Notes under the pieces: model-generated | The model's database searches: none | What the model saw: the letters and a program-made list of their open reading frames with translations, nothing else | What the model was told of the DNA's origin: nothing | Shown here: in pieces, positions 45,775 through 53,412 of the stretch | Layout: each line of letters begins with the position of its first letter | How positions within the stretch are numbered: the stretch's first letter is position 1 | Source of the DNA: an uncultured Spirochaetia bacterium | Lineage (GTDB): Bacteria > Oederibacteriota > PGYV01 > CAYGHG01 | Direction of reading: 5' to 3' | Assembly: GCA_964349515.1 (NCBI GenBank) | Contig: CAYGHG010000003.1 | Coordinates: 1-55,556, forward strand | Length of the DNA: 55,556 nucleotides | Translations under genes and position numbers: made by a program

Positions 45775-48392
45775 CAGGAGACTTTCACGCTCTCATAAAC
45801 GGTTTCAAGCGCTTCTTTTATTTTAGAGGGGTCCTTTGCGCCTGCTTCCGCCATGTCACGCCTTCCGCCTCCGCCGCCCTTGCAGACTGCGGCGGCTTTT
45901 TTTACTATTGCGGATGCGTCATATTTGTCGGTTATGTCCTGCGTTACCACTGCGAGGAAATTTGCCTTTCCCTCCTCCGCATTGGCTATGACTATCACTG
46001 CCTTTTTCATCTTCTCACGCAGTACGTCACCCAAAGACCTGACCGAATCCTTGTCCGCGGACTGCAGGCTGATAGTAAGCACGTTTATGCCGTTTATTTC
46101 CACGGCAGACGAGATGTAATCGGCGGCGTTTTTGACCACGCTTCCTGTTTTTAATTTCTGTATTTCCCGCTCTTTTTCTTTAAGCTCAATCCCGAGCCTT
46201 GCTATTTTTTCCAAAAGCTCCCCCGTGTCTTTAGCCTTAAATTTATCCTTTAACTGCTTCACGAAATCGTCATAATCATCAAACATCGAAAGCGCGGCCG
46301 GGCCTGTCACCGCTTCTATCCTTCTTACGCCTGCGGCTGTTGAAACCGACGAGGTTATTTTAAAGAGGCCGGCCTCACCCGTATTTTTCAGGTGCGTGCC
46401 GCCGCAAAGCTCCATTGATACGCCTTCTACAGTAACCGTCCTTACACTGTCCTTATATTTGTCTTCAAAGAGCGCTATCGCCCCTCTTTTTTTTGCCTGT
46501 TCAATTTCCATTTCCTCAACACAAACAGGTGAAGCCTGCTCAATCCACGCATTTACCAGGCGTTCTGTTTTTCTTATCTCTTCGCCTGTTAAGGCGGCAA
46601 AATGAGTGAAATCAAAACGCAGCCTGTCTTCGTCAACGTACGAGCCTGCCTGTTCCACGTGGGGCCCGAGTATTGCCCTGAGAGCGGAGTGCAGCAGATG
46701 AGTCGAGGTGTGGTTCTTCATTACCGCCTCGCGCCTCGGAGTGTCCACGGAGGCGGTAATAACCGTTCCTTTTTCAATCAAGCCTGAAGTTATTTTTATC
46801 CTGTGCAGGTATATTCCGTCAATTTTCTGAGTATCTGTTACTTCTGCTTTTAGTGCATCATTGTAAAACAACCCCTTGTCGCCTGTCTGCCCGCCTGACT
46901 CCGCGTAAAAAGGAGTGGCATCAAGCACCACATCTGCGTCCTCGCCGGCCGCAGCCTGCGCGGCAGCTTCGCCTTTTTTAAGTATCGAAATTACTTTGCA
47001 CTGTGCCTCAACTTTTTCATATCCTAAAAATGACGTAACAGGCAGCCCTTCAATGGAGTGCTTTGGCGCGCGCGACGACAGTTCCGCGCTGACGCCCTTC
47101 CAGGCTTTTTTTGCCATTTCGCGCTGTTTTTCCATGTGAGCCTTAAACTGATTCATATCAAGCCCGAGCCCGTTTTCGAGCAGTATCTCGGCGGTAATCT
47201 CAGCCGGAAACCCGAAAGTATCATAAAGTTTGAACGCCGCCTCACCCGGCAGTTCTTTGAGCGATGCCGCTTTGGCCGCTTCTATCTCTTTATTCAGCAT
47301 TTCAAGGCCTTTATCCATAGTCTCCTGAAACTTGTCTTCCTCCATTTTTATTATCTGCGTTATGTATTCTTTCCTCGAAACAATCTCAGGATACGCGCCC
47401 CCCATTATATCAATTACAACCGGCACTGTTTTAAAAAGGAAAGGCTCTTTCATGCCCAGCAGCCTGCCGTGCCTTATGGCGCGGCGTATGACGCGGCGCA
47501 GGACATAACCCCTACCTTCGTTTGACGGAAGCACACCGTCGCCTATCAGGAAAGTAACGCTCCTCGCATGGTCTGCAATAACCCGAAGCGATACGTCCTG
47601 CTTTTCAGTTACGCCGTACTTAACCCCGCATTTTTCGGCAGCGTCTTTGATAATCGGCATGAAAAGGTCTGTTTCAAAATTGGAAAACCTGCCCTGGCAG
47701 ACAGCAGCAAGGCGCTCAAGCCCCATTCCCGTATCTATGTTTTTTTGAGCAAGCGGGCCGAGCGAGCCGTCTTCTTTTTTGTCAAACTCGGTAAATACCA
47801 GATTCCAGATTTCAAGAAACCGGTCATCGTTTTCTTCTATATCCTTGTGTGTCACTACTCCCGCCTTGCCCTCAAGGTCAAAATATATCTCCGAGCAGTA
47901 CCCGCACGGCCCGACAGTGCCCATTTCCCAGAAATTAGTGGCCTCACCCATTCTGAAAATTCTGTCTTCCGGCACCTTCATCTTGTCTTTCCATATCGCA
48001 AAAGCTTCATCGTCTGTTTTATATACGGTTATATACATGCGCTCTTTGGGAAGCTTTGCCTTTTCAGTCAGAAACTCCCACGCCCAGGCTATCGCCTCTT
48101 CTTTAAAGTAATCACCGAATGAGAAGTTTCCCAGCATCTCAAAAAATGTATGGTGCCTTCTCGTTCTTCCGACGTTTTCAATGTCATTTGTCCTGATGCA
48201 TTTTTGGCAGCTTGCGGCACGGGTGAACACAAGCGGTACGCGGCCCAGAAAATAGTCCTTAAAAGGCACCATTCCCGCCACGTTAAAAAGAAGCGTGTTA
48301 TCTTCCGGCACAAGGGGCCAGCTGGCCTTTACCGTGTGGCCCTTGCCCGCGAAAAAATCAAGATACATTTGTCTCAGTTCCGAGCTCTTCAA
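45774..48392 (-). CDS. alaS: Alanine--tRNA ligase
   Basis: LLFNVAGM, RHHTFFEMLGNFSFGDYFK, DTGMGLER, HTSTH, ELCGGTH, GGGG; TTG start after GGAGGAG. Confidence 0.99.
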   Translation of the reverse strand: MKSSELRQMYLDFFAGKGHTVKASWPLVPEDNTLLFNVAGMVPFKDYFLGRVPLVFTRAASCQKCIRTNDIENVGRTRRHHTFFEMLGNFSFGDYFKEEAIAWAWEFLTEKAKLPKERMYITVYKTDDEAFAIWKDKMKVPEDRIFRMGEATNFWEMGTVGPCGYCSEIYFDLEGKAGVVTHKDIEENDDRFLEIWNLVFTEFDKKEDGSLGPLAQKNIDTGMGLERLAAVCQGRFSNFETDLFMPIIKDAAEKCGVKYGVTEKQDVSLRVIADHARSVTFLIGDGVLPSNEGRGYVLRRVIRRAIRHGRLLGMKEPFLFKTVPVVIDIMGGAYPEIVSRKEYITQIIKMEEDKFQETMDKGLEMLNKEIEAAKAASLKELPGEAAFKLYDTFGFPAEITAEILLENGLGLDMNQFKAHMEKQREMAKKAWKGVSAELSSRAPKHSIEGLPVTSFLGYEKVEAQCKVISILKKGEAAAQAAAGEDADVVLDATPFYAESGGQTGDKGLFYNDALKAEVTDTQKIDGIYLHRIKITSGLIEKGTVITASVDTPRREAVMKNHTSTHLLHSALRAILGPHVEQAGSYVDEDRLRFDFTHFAALTGEEIRKTERLVNAWIEQASPVCVEEMEIEQAKKRGAIALFEDKYKDSVRTVTVEGVSMELCGGTHLKNTGEAGLFKITSSVSTAAGVRRIEAVTGPAALSMFDDYDDFVKQLKDKFKAKDTGELLEKIARLGIELKEKEREIQKLKTGSVVKNAADYISSAVEINGINVLTISLQSADKDSVRSLGDVLREKMKKAVIVIANAEEGKANFLAVVTQDITDKYDASAIVKKAAAVCKGGGGGRRDMAEAGAKDPSKIKEALETVYESVKVS

Positions 48393-48518
48393 GTTCTCCT
48401 CCTAAAATTGTAATAAAAACAGATATGTGTAATTTTATCATATTTTATGTAATATAAAAGCCTAAATACAAAGGCAGAACCTGAATATAATAGTGTGTAA
48501 TATTATTTGCTATTATTT

Positions 48519-48618
48519 CCTCTCCCCTTCGGGGGAGAGGACCAAGGTGAGGGGGCGTAGTTTTAAACCTTAAAAACTCACTCTTCCCGCCCGTCTGCCC
48601 CGCGAGCGGAACAAAAGG
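48519..48618. repeat. REP-like element (copy C) with a degenerate inverted partner
   Basis: CCTCTCCCC-ttc-GGGGGAGAGG-accaa-GGTGAGGGGG-cgtagtttt, then CTCACTCTTCCCGCCCGTCTGCCCCGCGAGCGG. Confidence 0.75.
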
Positions 48619-48755
48619 AGAATAGCCCGTTATTATCTCTTGTTCTACAATTATTCACTTTTCGGACAGTGTCACAAAAACGCGCGGCAGACTGCCGTCA
48701 TGCGTTTCCAATCATTGATCACGGCTAATTGCTCAATAATCCGCCTTTTTTACCC

Positions 48756-48784
48756 TTTACACCCGCGTCTTTTATCTATATAAT
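48756..48784 (+). promoter_or_regulatory. Sigma70-type promoter
   Basis: TTTACA-17 bp-TATAAT; GGAGG at 48801 before the ATG at 48811. Confidence 0.75.
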
Positions 48785-48810
48785 TTTTAAAAATCAAACC
48801 GGAGGCACTA

Positions 48811-49230
48811 ATGGACGCCGCAAAAAAGAAGGAAATAGTAACCACAGTTATCATAGTCATCTGCACTCTTATAATAGCTTTTCTCATGGTCAGGTTTGAG
48901 CTGGTAAAGCGGGCCAAACGCGAATACAACGAAGGCGAACGTTATCTTTCATTTTACAAGAGCCCCGACTTGAAAAAGCAGTACTACGATGAAAAACTTA
49001 AAAAGAAAGAAATCTCGGAAACCGAATATGAAATGCTGATGGAAGACAACGCGCTGAAAAACGCCTATGTGCAGTATAATACTGTAGTTGACCTCTTTAC
49101 CCCTCCTGAGTCAAAATGGGTCAAGCTTTCAAGACAGAGGCTCTCGGAAATAACCCCTGAATACAGCGCCTGGGTTGAAAAACTGCGCAGGGAAATAGAC
49201 GATGCGCCGCTTACCCCTCCGGCAAAATAA
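48811..49230 (+). CDS. Hypothetical membrane-anchored helical protein
   Basis: Own promoter and RBS; N-terminal TM; helical body with FTPPESKW motif. Confidence 0.8.
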   Translation: MDAAKKKEIVTTVIIVICTLIIAFLMVRFELVKRAKREYNEGERYLSFYKSPDLKKQYYDEKLKKKEISETEYEMLMEDNALKNAYVQYNTVVDLFTPPESKWVKLSRQRLSEITPEYSAWVEKLRREIDDAPLTPPAK

Positions 49231-49233
49231 GTT

Positions 49234-50088
49234 TTAAAGGTTTATCCTTAGAACGTCAAGTATCCTCTCAAGGTCTTCCTGCGAGTAGTACTCTAACTCT
49301 ATTTTTCCCTTTTTATAATCGCCCTTAACAGACACTTTTGTCCCAAACATCAGTTTCATCTTGTTTTCTATGCTTTTAAGCTCAGGCAGGCTGCTGCCTG
49401 GTTTTGATTTGGAGGTTTTTGTGCTTTTGGTTTTTTTAAGGGCTTTTTCAAGATCCCTCACCGAGAGCCCTTTTATCACGACAGCCTGCGCCATTATGCG
49501 CTGCTTTACCTGGTCATCTATGCCGAGCAGTACTTTTGCGTGGCCGGCTGTTATCTCGCCTTTCACTATCATTTCCTGAACAGGCTTTGAGAGCTTAAGC
49601 AGCCTTACGGCATTGGCAACATATACGCGGCTCTTGCTGAGCTCGTCCGCGAGTTCTTCCTGAGTGAGTTTTTTTGCCTCCATCAGCTGTTTGTACGCAG
49701 CCGCTTCCTCTATCGGATTTAAATCTTCCCTCTGGATATTCTCTATGAGGGCAAGCTCCATTTGTTCGGTGTTTGAAACATTTCTGATGACAACGGGTAT
49801 CTTTTTCAAACCCGCCCGCTGCGCCGCGATAAACCTGCGCTCACCCGCTATAATTTCATATTTCCCGCCTGTGTCCTTTACCACTATGGGGGTTATCACA
49901 CCCTTCTTTTTAACCGATTTTATGAGTTCGTCAAGTTTTTCAGCGGTAAAAGTCTTTCTTGGCTGGTTGGGGTTTGCCCTTATCTCGCTTATCTCTATCT
50001 CTTCAGCGGCAGCTTTTACCGAAGGCTGATTTTTCTTTGCCGTCGGAATCAGCGCGCCCAATCCTTTTCCCAGTGCCTGTCTGGCCAT
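49234..50088 (-). CDS. parB: Chromosome partitioning protein ParB/Spo0J
   Basis: ALGKGLGAL, NPNQPRK, IIAGERR, ENIQREDL, HTH SRVYVANAVRLL. Confidence 0.98.
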   Translation of the reverse strand: MARQALGKGLGALIPTAKKNQPSVKAAAEEIEISEIRANPNQPRKTFTAEKLDELIKSVKKKGVITPIVVKDTGGKYEIIAGERRFIAAQRAGLKKIPVVIRNVSNTEQMELALIENIQREDLNPIEEAAAYKQLMEAKKLTQEELADELSKSRVYVANAVRLLKLSKPVQEMIVKGEITAGHAKVLLGIDDQVKQRIMAQAVVIKGLSVRDLEKALKKTKSTKTSKSKPGSSLPELKSIENKMKLMFGTKVSVKGDYKKGKIELEYYSQEDLERILDVLRINL

Positions 50089-50096
50089 GATGCCTC

Positions 50097-50867
50097 CTAT
50101 TTTCTCTTAACGCCGAGTATTTCGTCGCATAGCTTTTCGTAAGCCTGCGCCCCCTTTGAGTGCTTGTCGTAAAGGTTAATCGGCGTGCCGAAGCTCGGCG
50201 CTTCGGAAAGCCTTACGTTTCTCGGAATAATCGTGTCATATGCCCTGCTCTTGAATTTTTTCTTTATCTCTTCCACAACCTGAAGGGAAAGGCTCGTCCT
50301 GCTGTCAAACATGGTAATCAGCGCGCCCTCTATCGTAAGGCCCGGATTCAAAACCTCCCTGACGTTTTCTACGGTTTCCAAAAGCATCGCAAGCCCGTCA
50401 AGAGCGTAAAACTCGCACTGAATCGGGATGAGCACCGAGTCGGAAGCTGTAAGTGCGTTTAGGGTAAGCAGCCCGAGCGAAGGCGGGCAGTCTATAAATA
50501 CAAAATCATACCTGTCTTTTATTTCAGCAAGCGCGTCTTTCAGCCTTGTTTCCCTGTTTTCTATGTTTACAAGCTCCACTTCAGCGCCCGCGAGGTTGAT
50601 ATTCGCAGGCAGTACATCAAGCCCTTCTATCGCGGTCTTAACCAGGCTTTCATCGGCAGTTGAATCCCCAATCAGCACGCTGTATATCCCTGTTTCTATG
50701 TTTTTTTTATCTATTCCCAAACCAAGCGACGAATTGCCCTGAGGGTCTATGTCTATGAGAAGGGCCTTTTTTCCCCTCGCCGCAATGATACTGCATATGT
50801 TTACGGTTGTAGTGGTCTTGCCCACCCCCCCCTTCTGGTTTACTATGGAAATAACGCGCGCCATCAA
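50097..50867 (-). CDS. parA: Chromosome partitioning ATPase ParA/Soj
   Basis: NQKGGVGKTTT, DIDPQGN, DCPPSLG, PRNVRLSEAPSFG. Confidence 0.98.
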   Translation of the reverse strand: MMARVISIVNQKGGVGKTTTTVNICSIIAARGKKALLIDIDPQGNSSLGLGIDKKNIETGIYSVLIGDSTADESLVKTAIEGLDVLPANINLAGAEVELVNIENRETRLKDALAEIKDRYDFVFIDCPPSLGLLTLNALTASDSVLIPIQCEFYALDGLAMLLETVENVREVLNPGLTIEGALITMFDSRTSLSLQVVEEIKKKFKSRAYDTIIPRNVRLSEAPSFGTPINLYDKHSKGAQAYEKLCDEILGVKRK

Positions 50868-51994
50868 ATACCTCTTTCCGAGATTTGTATGATTTTAGGG
50901 CTTTTTTCAGCCGCAGTGTCGGTTTCAGTACCGAGAATTATATCACTTCCCGCTTTTTTTTCAATTAGTTTTATGACCGGGTTATCCGGGCTGTGTGAAT
51001 TATTCCTTATAACAACAGCTTCACATCCTGCATCTGTTTTTACAAATGTCCCCGGCAGATACCTCACCGCACATTTTTCAAATGCATCGCATACAGCAGG
51101 GTCAAAAAGCACGCCTGAGTTTTCAAGTATGTAATCTTTTGCTTCCCGCACGCTGTATGCCGGCCTGAAGGGCCTGTCAGACACGAGTGCGTCATAAACA
51201 TCCGCTGCCGCAGCAATTCCGGACAATACATTAATTGATTCTTTTTTAACCCCTTTAGGATAGCCGCTTCCGTCATAACGTTCGTGGTGCTGGGAGGCTA
51301 TCAGCGCGGATTTGGCAGGCAGGCCGTATATGTTTTTAAGAAAGTCATAGCCCGCGGACGTGTGCATGGCGAGCTCCATCATCTCCTGCTGTGACAGTTT
51401 TCTGTCTTCCCCCGAGAACGGATAGAGCTTCATTTTACAGTCAAAAAGCATTGCACCGGCCCCCAGTTCACATAGTTCCCGTTCATTTAACCCCATCTCT
51501 CTTCCTATTAATATAGAAAGACAGGCCGCACCCAGCGGGTGGTAGCTGTAGTAGTTTGATTTATTCCTGAAATCCCTTATATCATAAGGCGTTTCCCGGT
51601 TTTTCACCGCCTGCGAGACAAATTCTGAAGAGTAATACAAAAACAGGTGTGCGAAACCTATTTTTGATGCAGTTTCACCTGAATATGAAGCTATTTTTTT
51701 TATATCTTCATCACCATACTTTTTCAGCAGGCCGCTGTCCCGTCCGTCACTGTTGTAAAAAGCGGCTATGACGTTCAGCGCGTCCGCACAGGTTTCAGGG
51801 CTGAAAGGAGAAGAAGAACAGAACACATCGTCTTCAATATATATACGGTTTATTCCCGAATCAATAAGCTTGTTTTTAACCGCACTGTTTATCACAGCGC
51901 CTTTTTTTACCAGATGCCGCCCGCCGGAGTCATATACCAGGCTTGAACATACCGCGCCTTCCTCCAGCTCCCCTGTACTTACACTTTTCATCAC
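50864..51994 (-). CDS. HD-GYP domain protein with a degenerate HD motif
   Basis: HHERYDGSGYP, ADVYDAL, RPFR present; expected LHDIGK reads LFDCKM. Confidence 0.88.
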   Translation of the reverse strand: MMKSVSTGELEEGAVCSSLVYDSGGRHLVKKGAVINSAVKNKLIDSGINRIYIEDDVFCSSSPFSPETCADALNVIAAFYNSDGRDSGLLKKYGDEDIKKIASYSGETASKIGFAHLFLYYSSEFVSQAVKNRETPYDIRDFRNKSNYYSYHPLGAACLSILIGREMGLNERELCELGAGAMLFDCKMKLYPFSGEDRKLSQQEMMELAMHTSAGYDFLKNIYGLPAKSALIASQHHERYDGSGYPKGVKKESINVLSGIAAAADVYDALVSDRPFRPAYSVREAKDYILENSGVLFDPAVCDAFEKCAVRYLPGTFVKTDAGCEAVVIRNNSHSPDNPVIKLIEKKAGSDIILGTETDTAAEKSPKIIQISERGI

Positions 51995-53400
51995 AGGTCA
52001 AAAATATTGCCCGCATTTAGTATTCCCGCAGGGTCAAACGCTTTTTTTATTTTTCTCATCGCCTCAATCTCTTCCTTTTTATACATCAGTTCCAGATATC
52101 CCTTTTTAAGCTTTCCGACGCCGTGTTCGGCCGCCACAGAGCCTCCGAGAGCTGCAATGTCCGCCGCCATAACACCGGCTGTTTTCAGGGCCGCTTCCCT
52201 TTCATTGTTGTCATAGGGCATGAAATTTACGTGCAGGTTGTTGTTGCCTATGTGTCCGAACACAGCATGCTGCATTTCAACCTCATTAAGATGCCTTTCA
52301 TACACGGCATCCATTTCCTTTTTCATGTTTTCAGCCACGCTGAAATCCGTGGATAATTTTATCAGTTTCCTTTTTCTCATCTTATCATTAATTATGGACG
52401 GCAGAGCTTCCCTCATCTCAGAAACAGGGTTGTTCTTTTCACCCGTACCGCAAACCGTTGTTTCCTGAGCCTTTGAGCCCTCTCTGTCTATTAACTTCAT
52501 CAGGCGCTCTTCTTCAGCCGCGGAAGATGCCTCAAACTCGCATATAATCATATATCTGCCGGGTATCAGATTTTTATACTTTGCGGAAAGCAATGATGTG
52601 GAATTGTTGTCAAAATATTCAAGGCCGCATAGCGGAGGGTTTCCGGTTTTAATTTTTGCCGCGAAAGACAAAGCCTCTTTTTTATCCTTAAAAGTAAGCG
52701 CCGCGCTGAAAACCCCAAATGGCACCGGCAGTACTTTAAGTTCGGCAGATATCACGACTCCGAGGGTGCCTTCGCTTCCGATAAAAAGGTCTATCAGGTC
52801 TGTTTCCCTGCCCATATAATACCCCGCGCTGTTTTTAAACGCAAACTTCGGCAGCGTATCGGCCATTTCAAAGCTTATTTCCCTGCCTTTTGCCGCAAAC
52901 CTGAATTTCCCGGCGTGCGCCTTAAGTTCGCCCCTTTTAATTTCCATTACGCCCGCAGCAGGCGTCACTACCGTTATCGCATTTACAAAATTCCTGATGC
53001 TTCCATACTTCAAACCCCTGGCACCCCATGCGCAGGTGGCTATATTCCCTCCGATAGTCGCCGACTGTTCCGTGCTGTCCGCAGGATACCATAAACCGTA
53101 TTTTGAAAGCTCCTTGTGTATGTCTTTTAAACTCGCGCCCGCACCGCAGCGCACGGTCATAAACAGCGGGTCAGCTTCAACTTTTCTGAATTTTTCCGTA
53201 GAGAGCAGCACTCCGCCTTCAGCGCATGCGCCGCCTGTTATGCCGGTTCCCCCGCCGTACACGGTGACAGGTTTTCCTTTTTGCAGAATTTTCAGCACTT
53301 CATCCGCGTCAGAAGGTACGACAACCCCTTCAATGCCGCTGCTTTTGGAATTTGATTCGTCGCTTAAATACCTGTCTATTCCCTCTTTTAGGATTTTCAT
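51991..53400 (-). CDS. FAD-binding oxidoreductase (GlcD / D-2-hydroxyacid dehydrogenase family)
   Basis: GGGTG, ATIGGNIAT..G..KYG, DLFIGSEGTLG, FGHIGNNNLH, AEHGVG, DPAGILN.G. Confidence 0.92.
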   Translation of the reverse strand: MKILKEGIDRYLSDESNSKSSGIEGVVVPSDADEVLKILQKGKPVTVYGGGTGITGGACAEGGVLLSTEKFRKVEADPLFMTVRCGAGASLKDIHKELSKYGLWYPADSTEQSATIGGNIATCAWGARGLKYGSIRNFVNAITVVTPAAGVMEIKRGELKAHAGKFRFAAKGREISFEMADTLPKFAFKNSAGYYMGRETDLIDLFIGSEGTLGVVISAELKVLPVPFGVFSAALTFKDKKEALSFAAKIKTGNPPLCGLEYFDNNSTSLLSAKYKNLIPGRYMIICEFEASSAAEEERLMKLIDREGSKAQETTVCGTGEKNNPVSEMREALPSIINDKMRKRKLIKLSTDFSVAENMKKEMDAVYERHLNEVEMQHAVFGHIGNNNLHVNFMPYDNNEREAALKTAGVMAADIAALGGSVAAEHGVGKLKKGYLELMYKKEEIEAMRKIKKAFDPAGILNAGNIFDL

Positions 53401-53412
53401 TATGTGATAATT

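Noticed and set aside
48393-48810. T-box or riboswitch upstream of alaS (also checked for thrS and cysS)
   Set aside because: No T-box GGTGGNACC motif or recognisable aptamer seen; thrS has only a 14-nt gap, and the cysS gap is the repeat array.
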